NCBI RefSeq assembly: GCF_000143415.4
Contig: NW_003314423.1
Location: 158,256 to 222,255, forward strand
Reading direction: 5' to 3'
Source: Selaginella moellendorffii
Taxonomy: Eukaryota > Plantae > Lycopodiophyta
DNA: 64,000 nucleotides
The position numbers were made by a program, and so were the translations under genes. This document shows, piece by piece, positions 24,805 to 38,600 of this stretch. Position 1 is the first letter of the stretch; the number at the start of each line of letters is the position of its first letter. Under the pieces are notes generated by a model. That model made no database searches and was not told the DNA's origin. It saw only the letters and a program-made list of their open reading frames with translations.

Positions 24805-27800
24805 CTTCTCAAGAACCCTAAAAAATCTTTTGAATGAAGGAATAGTATCTACAGCTGTAAAAGTATTCAAAATATTAAGTAGTCAAATCAAATATGACAG
24901 CTGTAACAGTTGTTATAATAAAATAATATAGTTTTATAAAAGATAGGTTCTCATGAACTTTGTCTTTTTTAAACAATTCAATCTTATAGAAACTTTTAAC
25001 TTAGATATTTACGTATTTTAATATTTTAAAGTTTGCTAGAACCTTCATTTGTTCAATTTAGATCTCCTTTGTAATATTTCTTATTGACTATGTTGACTTG
25101 AGTTGACTTGTGTTGAATTAAGCTCAACTCATGAGCTCAACTCAACTTTGGACCATCCCCGAGGGTAATACATTGTTGAAGCCTTGTGCTTGATCGTGAA
25201 TTCTTGAGTTAAAATCTTGATGGTTTCATTGATGAAGTATATTCCTCGATCTATGATGAGTTCCCGAGGTAGGCCATATCTTGTGATGATATTTTCGTAG
25301 ATGAACTTTGTTATGTTCTTTGCTATTACAATCTTCATTGGTTGAGCTTTGGCCCATTTTATCATGTAGTTAGTCGTTATGAGGATGTGCTTGTTTTGGT
25401 TGGAGCTTGTTATGAGTGGTCTAATGAAGTTGAGTCCCCATCATTGAAATGGTTCTAATGGTGTTGTTGGATGAAGCTCTTGAGTTTGTTTCTTTGATGT
25501 GTACTTGGTTTGTTGACAAATATTACATTCTTGACAAAATTTTGCTAAGTCGTGCCAAAGTGTTAGCCACCAGAATCTTATTTGCTAAATCTTACGAGCT
25601 GTGATTTCTTCCATGAAATGGCTTCCTGCTTGTCTATAGTGGGCTTCTTTAAGTAGATCTTGAGTTTCTTCAGGTTACACACATCTTCATAGTACATTAT
25701 CTTATCCTTTTTTTAGACAATCTTCCTCCCACGACTGAATATAATATGGTCTTGTCTTTAAGATAAATTGTTTACAGTGATCAGAGGTGGAGTATCAACT
25801 TGGTATTGTTTTTGTTGTGAGGTAGTAGTAGATTTTGTTTGTCCATGCTAATGATGTGTGGATGTGAAGTATGTTGAAGTCAGAAAAGCTGTCCATATTG
25901 TATTTTGGTTGTTCGCCAGTTGTAATGTAACTAAGGTGGTCAGCTTGTTCATGCTGTTTACCGAGTTTGTGAATAATCTCAAAGTTGTATTCTTGAAGCA
26001 GTAAGAACTATTGGGCAATTCTATTGATGGTGTAGAAGTGCTTTATGGTTGACTATAATTGGTGCTAAATAGGTAGTGTTGAAACTTTTGTAGTGCGTAG
26101 ACCATTTCTAAAGCTTCTTTTTTAGTGGTGGTGTAGTTCATCTTGGCTGAGTTGAGTCTTTAGCTAACATAGTAGATTGGTCAGTTTTTGAGATTTTATT
26201 GTTATTGAGAAAGTATTACTCCGATGGCGTAATTGGAGGTGTCGACTTGTATATTGAAGTCTTTGTCCCAATTTGGTTGGGTGAGTATTAGAGCTTTTGT
26301 TAACAAAATCTTGAGCATATTAAATGCTTGTTAACAATCTTGAGTCCAATTGTAGACGTGATTTTTCTTCAAAAGTTCTATAAGGGGTTTTGCAATTTTT
26401 GCATAATCTTTGATAAAGTGTCAATGGTATCCCATTTTGCCAAGGAAGGATTGTAGTATGGTGATGTTTGTTGGATGTTGCATGTTGATGCCATCGTGTT
26501 TTAGCTTTATTGGTGAGGATGGCTTCTTTGCAAATGATGTATCTAAGTAGAATGCCAGATTTGACAAAGAAGGTAGATTTCTTGGGGTTTAAAATGATAT
26601 TATTCTCTTGACATTTGATGAAGCATTTCTTGAGATGTTGGAGATGTTGTTCTTTGCTACTAAAGACACTGAAGTTGTCCATAAAAACTCGCATGAAGTC
26701 AGTGAGGTAATCTCGAAATGTGTTAGTGATGATTTTCTGGAAAGTAAATGATGCGTTAGAAAGCCCAAAAAGCATTCACAAATATGTATAAGCACCCTAA
26801 GGACTTATGAAGGTTGTCTTGTGCTGATCTTTAGGTGCGATGTGAACTTGATTATAGTCGCTGAAGCCATTGAGAAATGAGTACATTTCATGTTTAGCTA
26901 CTACATTGAGAATTTCATTGGAAAATGGAATTAAGAAGGCTTTTCGGGTTGCATCATTGGGCTTTTTGTAATTTACACAAACTCTAAGTTTGCTGCTTTT
27001 CTACGATGACAAGTGGTCCATTCTGGGTTTTGAATTGGGTGGATGAAGCTGGCATTCTCAAGTTTGTTAAGTTCTTCTTTAACTTTTGTTTGCAAGTCGG
27101 GGTTCATTTGATAGACTACTTGCTTTTTTGGTATAGTTTGAGGTAGAAGCCAAAAGCAAGTCTGTATATGATCAAGAAAAAACACCTTTGTACCTATCAA
27201 GAAGATTAATTGCTTTTGTCTTGAAGTTAGGGTCAAGGTCTTTGGTGATGTAGAGCTTCTTTAGTTTGTCTTCAGTTGCTAGATTGATTTATTAAGTTAG
27301 CTCTTCAAGCTTGAGTGTTGATGTGAGTTGAGTTCCTTCTTGTTGAAGTGCTGGGTCTTCTTCAAGATGGATTTGTTGATGAATCGGTTAGAGTTGTTTG
27401 GGTTTGATTCCTAGTTGATCTTATTGCTTCTTGATCTCAATTGCTGTGTCAATCAGGAATCCCCCAATTCTTGCCACATTCCTGACTCTTGCCGGATTCC
27501 TGACTTGTAGACCACATTCCTAACTCTTGAGACACTTTCCTATTCTTGACTCTCGAGACAGTTCCCTATTCCTGACTCTTTGGTTTCTTATGATTCCTGA
27601 GTCTCGAGCCATATTTCTGATGATGATGTGGCATCTCCTCGACTTTAGCTATATCTAGGCCGTCCTCGATCCAAGAGCAGTGGAGCTTCATCAACCTATA
27701 GTATATATAGGTTAGCCGTGTTCCATTTCTCCACAATCTGAATCAATGCCAATTTAAGGCTTCTTCTTCATTTCCAATAGCTTTTCTCTTTGTCTTTTGC

Positions 27801-29159
27801 ATTTTCCAGTCTTGATCTTATTGGGGGTCTTGATAGTTTGATTCAGATTGTGTTTTTTCGTTTTTTGTTTTAGCTCATTTTGATTGTTTGACTGCCTTTG
27901 CCTTTTTTCCCCCTTTTTTCTTTCTTCTTTCCCAATGGAGTCTCCAAGCCATCCTGATTTCTTTGCCGAAGTCCTTGCAAAAATCCAGTTTGAGAATACC
28001 GAGCTAAAGGTGACCCTTCTTCGCATGCAGCAAGAGCTTGCTTCACTTTTGACTCAAGGATCCAACAAAGTTCCTGAACTGAAGGTGAGTTTCCCAATGA
28101 AATTTTCAGGCAAGCGTTCGGAGCTTCACGGATTCCTGAACTAGATGGAGCTGATCTTCGCACTTCAATATTGGCGGTACCCCACTCCCGAGTTTCAAAT
28201 TTGTGCGATTGGGATGTTGCTCGAAGGTGCAGCTTTGTCATGGTTTTCTCCTCTCCTGGAGAAGAGCATGAAAGGGGTCATGGTTCCAAAGTTGATGGAT
28301 CTTCAATTGTTCAAAGAGAAATTCGAAGCATGTTTTGGCGAGACGGATCGAGTTCGGGCTGCCATCATAAAGATGAGACGTCTCTCTCAGGGGTCTCATC
28401 CTACCTCGATCGACGTTGCAGAGTTCCAACTCCTTGCCTTCATGGAGGATCCCATGAACCTATCAGACACCATCAACAAAGCTGTTTGATGCGACAATCG
28501 TCTCTTTGAACATCGTCAGGAAAGTCGCTGCGCCACTGTTTTCCCGTCCTAGACTCAGGAATCCTAGCTTGAGTCTTTGGGGCATACTCCTGAACCTACT
28601 GCTCCGGTCCCGATGGATATTTCTGGTACTCCCTGACTCATCAAAGGGAAGTTGAGTCCTACTGAGAAGCAACGTCGAATATCTCATAATCTTTGCCTCT
28701 ACTGTGCTGATCCTAATCACAAAGCAGCTGTGTGTCCCAAGAAGCCTCCCCGACTACTCGAGTTCACTCTGCCTCAAAGTCCACCTCTGTTACAGTTGGG
28801 AAACGACCCTGTCCAAACAGAGTAGGAGCTGTCTGTTTGGAATCCCCAAATAAAAATCACTTTTCTTCTTTATCAAGATCCTCACCACCTTTCATTAAAG
28901 CCACCACCAATTCCCGCAACTTCCACATCCCATGTCTCCTTTCTTTCACCGGACAATCAGGACTCAAGGCTCTGGCGCTACTAGACTCGAGTGCAACTTC
29001 CTGCTTCATGGACACAGACTTTGCTGCCCAACATCACATTCCTCTTTCTCCTACCATACGGGATCTGAGGGTTGAAGGCATTGGCAGGCATTTTGTGTCT
29101 CCATCTTCTGGACTTAGAGAAACATTGCCCGTTCGAGTACACATTGGGTCCACCGTCAC

Positions 29160-29321
29160 TATAGTGCATGTGATCATGGGATGAGATTTGGATATACTGT
29201 CACCGTGAATCCTTGGAACCTTGGGGGATAAATGGGGATAAAATAGCCACTAAGGGCTCTCTCATCAAGCAATTGCCCCTTTTCTAGTTGGCTTAAGGGG
29301 AGAGAGATAAGGTGCGCTGCA
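29160..29321 (+). mobile_element. 162-bp solo LTR
   Basis: Termini derived from TGTAGCGCA...TGCGCTACA. Perfect 5-bp TSD GTCAC. Same family as 31437, 34109 and 63546. Confidence 0.88.
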
Positions 29322-30844
29322 GTCACCGATATCGCCTTCAACGTCACTAATAGCAAGTCCTCCTTTGTGGTGCTTGGCCTTCCTTGGTTCCGACTACATC
29401 AGCCTCAGATTTGTTGGAAGGAATTACAGCTCATCTCTCCCACATCACCATCTCCCACGGCTTCCCTAGTTGTTCATCGAGTCCGAATCAGGAAAACTTC
29501 CCTAAACTCAAATCGGGGTTCTATTCCTGACTTTATGAAGTTTTCACCCTCTTCCTTTTCCTCTCTTCCATCAAACAATGGTCTAGACAGATCACAAAAA
29601 TCTCGAGTACTTTGCCACTTCCCGAGTTTTAAGCCGTCGTCAAGCAAGGTGGGCACAATTCCTGAGTCAGTTTGACTTTGTTATCAAGTACAGACCTAGA
29701 AAACTTCAAGGCCTTCCTGATGCTCTTTCAAGGTGCTCCTATCTCAATCTCAGGCCTGGTAATCCTGCCTTCGATCAACAAGATCAAGTTATCCTCGATC
29801 CTGATCGGCTTCAAGTTATGGCAATTTCCCTAGCCCCTCAGGATTCCTCCTTGATGGATGCAATCAGAAATGATCTTCAATCCGATGACCTTGCCACCTT
29901 CCTTCAGGTTTGCTTCGTTCCCTCCCGGTCCCTTCAGGTCCTTGGGAATCCATCTCCATGGATTTCTTGAGTGATCTTTCGAGTGCTAGAGGCTTCAATA
30001 GCATTTTAGTTGTGGTGGATCGCTTCATAAAGATGGTGCACTTCCTGCTGTGTACCAAGGAGTTTTCGGGCGAGGACATGGCAAAACTAGGATTCATGGA
30101 AATTTTCCGACTTCATGGGATTCCTGTAGATGTGGTTTCGGATCGGGGACCTTAATTCATCTCTCATTTCTGGCAACAGTTTTTGCAGCTGCTTGGAGTG
30201 AAGGCCAACCTCTCTTCGGTGTATCATCCTCAAATTGATGGACAGTTTGAGCGAACGATTTAGATGTTGGAACAATTCCTACGGTGCTTCATCAACTATC
30301 ATCAGGATGACTGATTGCTGAGTTCTCCTATAACAACTCTGTTCACTCCTCTCTTCGAGTTTCCCCCTTTTTTGCAAACTTTGGCTGAAATCCCTGATTC
30401 AATCTCTCACTTCCTTCTCCATCCGAACCTCTCATTCAAATCTCCGCTTTGAGGCATTTGTCTCCAACCTCCAAGAAACCCACAACTCCATCTCCTTCCA
30501 CCTCCATCGTGCTCAGGAATCTCATAAAACATTTGCCAACGTCCATCATCAGGATTGTCCCCCTTACAATATCAAGGATAAAGTCTGGCTCCTCAGGCGA
30601 AATATCTCCACCACCAGACCATGTCCCAAACTCGATTTCAAATGCCTTGGTACTTTCCCTATCACTGCCATCATTAATCCTATCACTGCCATCATTAATC
30701 CCATCACTTATCGCCTTGCACTTCCCTCCTCATATCAAATTCACCCCGTTTTTCACTCCTCTCTCCTTGAGTCTTATATTCCTAGTCTTATTCCAAATTG
30801 GGTCATTCCTCCACCTCTACCAGTGCAGCTCGAGGATGGGTCTG

Positions 30845-31010
30845 AGTACGAGGTTCAGGACATCCTTGATTCCAAGATCTCATGGTCTAAACTCTACTAT
30901 CTGGTAGACTGGAAGGGTTACAGACCTGAGGAACGCACTTGGGAACCTGTGGACAACTTAATTCATTCTCCTGACCTTGTTCAGGACTTCCACCGCCACT
31001 ATCTTTCTCG
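30845..31010 (+). other. integrase C-terminal chromodomain
   Basis: EYEVQDILDSK...YYLVDWKGYRPEERTWEPVDNL is a classical chromodomain with its aromatic residues retained. Confidence 0.92.
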
Positions 31011-31436
31011 TCCCAATTATCATTTTTTTCATTTTCCCTCTCCCATCCCTCGCCGCCCATCTCATCCTCCTCTTCATTCTCATTCACGTCCTCATTCCAC
31101 TCGTTCTTGAGGAGGGGGTATTGTCAGAAATCCCCCAATTCTTGCCACATTCCTGACTCTCGCCACATTCGTGACCTGCAGACCACATTCCTGACCTGCA
31201 GACCACATTCTTGACTCTCGAAACACTTCCCTATTCCTGACTCTCTGATTTCGTACGATTCCTGAGTCTCGAGCCACATTCCTGATGATGATGTGGCACC
31301 TCCTCGACCTCAGCTATATTTAGGCCATCCTCGATCCAAGAGTGGTGGAGCTTCATCAACCTATAGTATATATAGGTTAGCTTTGTTCCATTTCTCCACA
31401 ATCTGAATCAACGCCAGTCTAAAGCTTCTTCTTTAT

Positions 31437-31598
31437 TGTAGCGCACCTTATCTCTCTCCCCTTAAGCCAACTGGAAAAGGGGCAATTGCTTGATGAGAGA
31501 GCCCTTAGTGACTATATTATCCCCATTTATCCCCTAAAGTTCCAAGGATCCACAGTGACAGTATATCTAAATCTCATCCCATGATTACATACGCTACA
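31437..31598 (-). mobile_element. 162-bp solo LTR inserted in the 3' LTR of the chromovirus
   Basis: Reverse-oriented copy of the family, with TSD TTTAT/TTTGT. Confidence 0.85.
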
Positions 31599-33121
31599 TT
31601 TGTTTCCACTAGTTTTTCTTTTTGTCTTTTGCATTTTCCAGTCTTGATCTTGTTGGGGGTCTTGATAGTGTTGAGTTTTCGTGACTTGGTAATTTTCTTT
31701 CAAGGTTGCTTTCTTGAGTATTAGGATTTTTTGTATGGTGTGTACTGTTCTTTGGGATGACTTGGTTGAGATCAACTTCAATGAGGGGCTTTAACTCTGG
31801 ATATGCCTTTAAGATTTGTGCTTCTTCGTAGGAAGGAGGAATATTTTGTAGGAACTCTAGTCTTTTGCCATTTTGAGCACGATGAAAGTTACCTTAAATT
31901 CTTGATCCTTGATCTTGATAGAAATATTACACGTGATTCTTAATGGTTGTACACTTCGATTATTGGCTATCTTGATATTGAAAGGTGCAAGATGGATTAG
32001 CCCAAGTCCCATTACTTTACAAGTTGAATACTCAATAATGTTGACACTTGCACCACTGTCAATGATTACTTGTGGAACTTTGTTCTTTCCTATCGTGATT
32101 GGGATTCATGGTACATCTTTGTCGAAGTCACCAGGTTGAATGTCAATCTTGTGGGATAAAGAGATGTTAGCCTTTTTCTTAACTTGAGTTGAATTTGTTG
32201 ATGGCAATACTTGATATATCTTGAGAAGTTGTTTTCTCAAGTAAGGAGCGACTTGTAAAAGCTCTTGGAGGGTGAGTGTGATACTTTGTCGAAGAATGTT
32301 GGTGATGAACTCTGTTTATTCCTCTTTTTTTGATAGAATTTGTGTTGTGATTTCCTAAACAATTTTTTGCTTTGTTGCCATTTGTGTCTTGAGATTTCTT
32401 GTACTTCATCTTGGAGCTCTTGTTCTTCAATTTTTTTATTGAGGTCATTTTCAAGATTATAGTGTTCTTTTTGACTTTGAGTTAGAGCTCATATCTCAAA
32501 TTCATTTTCACAGTGTTCATCTTGGACTGATTTGATATTGATATTTTTTGTTGTTGGAGGAGGTCTTTGATTTTGTTGATTTTGCTGAGAAGGTTGATTT
32601 TCTTGATTTTATTATTGCTGATACTGAGATTGAAATTCTTGAGTTTGAGGTTGTTGATAGTTATTGCAAGAGAATGCTTTGGGTGGTGGATCATATTGTT
32701 GATTTTATTGTTGATAGTTCGGTTGATGAGGAGGTGGTCTCCATTGTCGATTGTTTTAGTATGGTTGCAGATAGTTGTTTTGTCAAGGAGGCTATTTTGG
32801 TTGTCTTGATAAGGCTATTGATAAGTCTGTTGGTATGGTTGTTGATACTGATTGTTTTGGTAGCCGTTGTTATATTGTCGATGGTATCTTGGGTTAGGAT
32901 TATACATACCTTGATTCTAGTAGTTCGGTTGCCATTGTTGTTATTCTTGTCAAGGTTGATTGTACTATCATCTAGTTGGAGTTGGAGTTCCATGTGTGTT
33001 CTCAATTGGAGTTACTTCAGCTATTCCTTGATATCGATAGATTTTTGCTGTATGTCTTTCTCTTTTGCAGATCTGACACTTAAGAATTAATAACTTACTA
33101 TTGCAAATATGACTTTGGGAA

Positions 33122-34359
33122 TGTCAAGATTGGTATTGTTGGACCCTTTATCAGTCCCTCTTGTTCAAGTGTTAGTAAACTGGACTTTGCATTTGTACTT
33201 GGCCAGATGAGTATAAGGACAGAATTCCTAAGTGTCTATTTAGCCAAGTATATTTGGCCCGGCTTTTTAGTTCTCTTTTGCTTTGTTTTGGAGTCTTTAT
33301 TTTTCCCATGATCCCAACTATAGTTGCTTACCACAACTACATCAGCCAATTTGCTGAGTCAAACGTTCATCTGGATCACATCCTCAACTCTTTGAGAAAA
33401 ACCTTATACTGTTCCCAAGATCCCAAAGTCGTTCCATTATTGTGGCTTGACAAGAACCCTCGAATATTGAGACTAGTCCCTCAATATCACTAGATGATAG
33501 CTTATCATGTTTGCCAAACACCCTCGCTATCATGCTTTTTGTGTTAGTTTCATTTCGATCTTAAATGCTATTTATGGAAAGTGTCTAGATTTACTTATTT
33601 GGCACATCTATGGAATGTAGAAATTGTCCTGAACATAATGGTGTTCATCCCGTGTTCAAATTCGCAATCTAGGGATATTTAGTAAGCTTCGCTATGGGGG
33701 GTTCCAAATGTATAATAGGGATAGTGGGTAAATCGAGCATGGCCGATTAACCTGAGGTATAGCCTAGCTTCCACTTGCATGTCTGTCTTTGTTCTGCATC
33801 CAGTTTGGGTCTAAACCCAAGTTCCATTTCATGCTAGTTGATGGAGTACCCATATCCTTGCGTTAGGCCACCGGTATGCCGAAATATTACCAGACTCTGT
33901 TTGGCTCCGTTTTGCATGCTGGTCTTGGCATTGGGATGCTGGTTGTTCTAGAACTAATCCAAGTTGCTCCGTGCTCTTATCCCTTCGTTCCTTGGGCTGT
34001 ATGCTCGAGAGTCATTCTGTGCTCGAGAGTCATTCTATGCTCCAGTGCCATTGCTCCTTAGCTCTATGCTTGGGAGTTTGGCACCATTCCTTTATTTAAT
34101 GGCCCAAGTGTAGTGCACCTTATCTCTCTCCCCTTAAGCCAATTGGAAAAGGGGCAGTTGCTTGATAAGAGAGCCCTTAGTGGCTATTTTATCCCCATTT
34201 ATCCCCTAAGGTTCAAAGATTTACGGTGATAATATATCCAAATCTCATCCCATGATCACATGTGCTACACCAAGGCCCTAAAACTCATGTTGCACACCAC
34301 TATCCTTTAAACACGTGGCATATGACACATGGCACATGGAGGGTTTAGGTTCCGCTTCA
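33122..34359 (+). mobile_element. solo-LTR-like insertion related to the LTR at 61046-61963
   Basis: 33450-33680 aligns by eye with 61310-61530. Has TGTCA...CA ends. No clean TSD seen. Confidence 0.6.
34109..34269 (-). mobile_element. 161-bp solo LTR
   Basis: Perfect TSD CCAAG (34104-34108 and 34270-34274). Confidence 0.88.
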
Positions 34360-35097
34360 TGGTTATCCTATGGTAAATCACCATAGGATAAAGGGTAAAA
34401 TCCACATACACTACACTTACATTCTATAGTGGTATGTTCTTTGTTCTTGCATTTCGTACACCATACTTCCTCTTTAAGTTCGTTTATGATTGTAAATTTC
34501 TTAAGTATTTTGGTGAGTTCTTGATTCTTGTCTTTTTTATTGATTTCGAGTTTGTATTCTTCTTCGTCATCAGAAGCGTGGACCATACTTAAGCTCATGA
34601 CTTGAGCTCAATTTTCAATTGTAATTTAGTACAAACATTATAAACTTTAAAATATTAAGGTTATGGTGAACCTAATAATTTTATAACTCTCTATATATTA
34701 TATAGAAAAAAATGTTCTAAAAGACACTTCTTGTTCTAATAATTTAAATATTTACTACGTGCCATGATCGGGACATTTGGTAGAATATAAAATAAAATGT
34801 TTGTAAAAAGAGTATTTTTGTCACTTCCTTAAATCTGTACTTTGTGCTTTCTAGCTAGTAAATGTTAGGTTTGTCAAAATTTAAAAACTATTAAATTTGA
34901 ATTAAGAGTCTATATAAGGCCATATAACCATTTGAAAGGAAAAAAAAAAACCATTGATATAAGTTTGTTGTATATATAAAAGAGACTTGGCTTTTTTCTA
35001 TAATACATTTTTGAGGGATTTGTTATAGCATACTATCTAGAATTTATGGATCTTCACTTGCACTCTCATTTGAAGAAAGAGAAATACACATAAATCT

Positions 35098-35544
35098 TTG
35101 TGGGTTTTAGTAATGGTAATTTTAAGTCTTGCAATCTTTTTTCCCAGGGTTCAAGGGCTAAGAGATGTAATAGTTATCCTATTGCACAACATAACCAAAC
35201 CACACAAGAGAAAAAGAGAGGATAATGAATATAGTCATAATGAGTTGGAGATAAATGCAATGACAGAAGGCATTACAAATTGGGTGAAAAAAAATGCTTT
35301 CTTACTTGTTTTAGAAAATTGCAATTTTGTGACTTTCAAGAAATGCCCTATATATTTTCTGGCTTTTAGTGGAAATAATAGCAATGATCAGTATGATGGT
35401 ATATATACTCTCGTATCACATTGCAACATCACGCACCCGAAAGACTACCATGAAATATTTTTTGAGATGGTAAAGACAGAAATGAAGACACACAAATATT
35501 ATAGACAATATTGCGAAAAGAACACTCACAAGTATATAAAATGA
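35098..35544 (+). CDS. zf-XS-like left-end cargo gene, copy C
   Basis: Near-identical to 13990-14442, with the second Cys mutated to Tyr. Confidence 0.55.
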   Translation: MWVLVMVILSLAIFFPRVQGLRDVIVILLHNITKPHKRKREDNEYSHNELEINAMTEGITNWVKKNAFLLVLENCNFVTFKKCPIYFLAFSGNNSNDQYDGIYTLVSHCNITHPKDYHEIFFEMVKTEMKTHKYYRQYCEKNTHKYIK

Positions 35545-35636
35545 AAAGTGAAATGATAAAATATTTTTATTAATTATATAAAGTATAATAAGTTTATATT
35601 ATTGATAGAGAATAAACATTGATAGTGTTGGAAAAT

Positions 35637-38600
35637 CTAATTAGCTCCAAAAGTTTTCTGCAACTCAGGAATAATAAGGCTTGCTTGGTGTATATGAATA
35701 TCTACTTTAGGATCCTAGTGTAAGATGTTGATAAAGATGTAATACATATGCATTTTTATATTCCTTACGCTTCGTAAAGTCTGGACATGTGCAAAAAGGA
35801 AAGTCTTGAATGGCAATTGTGTACTCTCCACCTTCTATTTTGAGTATGCACTCCTTTGCAAATGCAATGATGTACTTCATGAAGAGAATCTCACACTCAA
35901 GTGTTTGAGCCAAGTTTATTTTACCTTGCTTCTGCTTGGAAATGGTACTAATAAATTTAACTGCTTTACTTTTTTTTTGTAGCCTCTTGTGCATCTCTAT
36001 GGGAACAATCTTGGTTCTATCACTCATATCTCGAACTCTCCTTTCAAGATTAAAACCAGATTTCTCAAGGTTTTCAATTTCATCCGAGATGAGCGCAACC
36101 CCATTAGCAACTGGCCATTCTTTAGGTACTACATTAGGTTTAGTCACTATAGTTTCTTCAAGACGCTTTGTATGATTAGTATTAGTGTTGCAGCAATATA
36201 GCCAATACCATCTTGAAAATCCTACTTGCTTTCATTCCCCATAAAAACATGGTAAAAACATGGGGTTGGAATAGAAGTAGACTTATCACCACGGATCCAA
36301 GCCCAACATTTGCCCCTCAGAAGCATCCTTACACACCTTACATTTGATTTTGCTAGCACTCAACAGATTGCCCATTGCTTCGGCTCCACACTATGATAAG
36401 CAATTTCAACTTGTTGTGATGCACTTTCCTCATCAGCCACTTAAGGTGGCTTGGTTTGGGGGCGATATCTTGGAAAAAAATGGTACTCAACATTAGGTTT
36501 ATGAAAGCTTTTTGCTCTAAGATCTGTGCCAACTTTTTCACCAGCAAAGGAAAAAAGACACTTTGAGTGATCTTCATATCACCAATAGAAGCCCGGGGAG
36601 TGTACTTCATAGATGTGCCATAGACTACTTCCTCCACTGTAGTTAGCACTGTTCATACTGATGAAGTCACTTTCTTCTTCATTTGATCGTGTAACATCTT
36701 AACTGAAGGTCCTATTCCCATATATCTTCCTTCCTCAAATGCTAAGGGTTTTTAAGATTGCTCTATAGCGTGTATCAAATTCGATAGATGTGCTTCATAT
36801 AGACTCATCTTCCTTTTCCCTACCTCAAAGGAATATTAACTCCAATGCTTACTCTCTAAGAGATTCACAGTTGGGGTGTATGCAAGATCCTCAAGTGGTT
36901 GATCCTAAGAAAAGGATGATATTAAAAAGTAATAAAAAGAGAAAAGAAAAAGAAAAACTAACTTGAAAAGAGTGATGTCCCCATTAGAACATCTTAACTT
37001 CCCACCACTCTAACCATGACTCAAGTTGTGGTAGACAACTTACGTTTGTATAGCCATCTTCACGCCACCATATTTAAATCTCATTTGCTTTTACCTCATG
37101 CTCTTTTTCAGAAGGTGTAACTGTAAGCCACAAATTTTTCCTTTCTAATTTGCCAACTTACCTCGATTATCCATCCAACACTGACTTGGCTTTTGCTAAG
37201 TTCCCTTGCCAAGGTTCTCGCCTATGGTACCAGCTCCTACTTGGTTTCAGCTACTCACTGCACGAGCAACGGAGTGTTAGCCATCCATCCAGGGATTCCC
37301 AAATCACTCCCAATCCCCCTCCCCGGGTTAGACTGGACTTAAGGTTCGGCTACACTCCCCGCAAGCACAAGCAGCCAAGCACACCAAGCTTCCAAGTTCC
37401 TAACATCCCTTGGTACCACAAGACTTGATCATGGGACCCTCTAAATCCCAAGTCTTGAGTGCAACACTTGCTTCGGGATGCCGGGGCGAAACACCGTGGC
37501 CTAGCGGCCCGGTATGGGTACCTCTACCCCCCCACTTCCATCCCGAAGGAAGGCCCAAGCCCCTAGGAAGGGCAAGGACCAATGAGCCGCATGGTACTCA
37601 AGTGGGGCACCACTCCACATGAGCCGGGAGCACTGCAATCGGTTTCCCTTTCGGGAGTGGGAGCTGCTCTTGAGCACTTCCTTGGATGGCCCCTCGGCAC
37701 CAGCCAAGTCCATGCTCACTCCCACCNNNNNNNNNNNNNNNNNNNNNNNNNNNNNNNNNNNNNNNNNNNNNNNNNNNNNNNNNNNNNNNNNNNNNNNNNN
37801 NNNNNNNNNNNNNNNNNNNNNNNNNNCCATTTCGGATCTCGGACTCCGTCTCGAACTCAGTCTCGAACTCGGACTCGAACTCGGTCCCCGAGTCGGTCTC
37901 GGACTCGATTCCGGACTCTATCTCGAACTCGGTCCTAGAGTCGGTCTTGGACTCGATCTTTGACTTGGTCCCATCCGATGAATTCTTTGTCATTTTTGTC
38001 ATGCTTTCGGGGTTCCTTTAGCCTACGACACCTCGGCGAGTTGGTTCCTTATAGTAGCTTGCCATTGTTTGCACAACTTCTTAAATGTTAATTGGAAATC
38101 TGGCTTGATAAGGTGGTAGTGTTGGTTTAAGCTCTAAGCCCAATGGAACTCACAAGTCCTCTCATGACCTTCTAGAGGTTGACCATTCCCAAAGACTACC
38201 AAGACACCATTCCAATTAGCCCCAACCCCATCTGCCATGAAATTGCAAAAGTTGGTAGGCTTACCAGTCCGCTTTAGTACAATGTTGGAGAGGAACTTTC
38301 AAAATATTTCCTAAGCCATCTGGTCTTGTACTTTAAACTTTGCTATTGCAATTGTCAAGTTACAACATAGCCTGTGAAAAGGGCAATGTTTAAAACCATT
38401 TTAAGATAGTGAGAAAAAATAACTACCTCGAATTATACACATGAGTTCCCATGGTTTTCCAACCCGCTACCCGCTCCATATGGTCAAAATATACCTATGC
38501 ATTAGGAAGGTCACTCAACCCAAACATATCCATTTGGGAAACAAGATCCATATTAGAGGCAGGGCCTATAATAGACATTTTAAAGACAAAGGGGCGCTCT

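Larger units (their letters stand above)
13461..25160. mobile_element. complete MULE-like DNA transposon, copy B (11.7 kb) with cargo genes
   Basis: 8-bp TSD GAGGGTAA (13453-13460 and 25161-25168) splits a gypsy integrase. Imperfect TIRs GGGTGTGGACCATACTTGAG vs reverse-complemented GGGGATGGTCCAAAGTTGAG (15/20), with repeated TTGAGCTCA motifs inside. Confidence 0.92.
27451..31667 (+). mobile_element. chromovirus-type Ty3/gypsy element with RT deleted (LTRs 27451-27835 and 31122-31667)
   Basis: Two similar LTRs; PPT GAGGAGGGGGTA before 31122; gag with CLYC..H..C knuckle; protease ALLDSSATSCF; RNase H end RWAQFLSQFDF; integrase ISMDFL..DRG; near-TSD GTGTC/GTGTT. Confidence 0.88.
12560..34573 (-). 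mobile_element. old Ty3/gypsy gag-pol element split by nested insertions (pieces 12560-13460, 25161-27450, 31668-33121, 34360-34573)
   Basis: Zn knuckle CTKCKNKEHTTIEC (about 34430-34470); protease VIIDSGASVNII (about 32040-32075); RT FGLSNA/VFMDNF (26600-26950); integrase IIDRGIYF and STMYYPQGN split by the MULE; C-terminal WKGPF at about 12730. Confidence 0.85.

Noticed and set aside
29160-29321. Cassandra (5S-carrying) TRIM or MITE identity for the 162-bp repeat
   Set aside because: I recognised no 5S rRNA boxes. The TG..CA ends, 5-bp TSDs and the PBS at 63710 indicate an ordinary LTR.
32548-33090. Hydrophobic 180-aa 'membrane protein' ORF
   Set aside because: It is the antisense of an Asn/Gln-rich gypsy gag linker.
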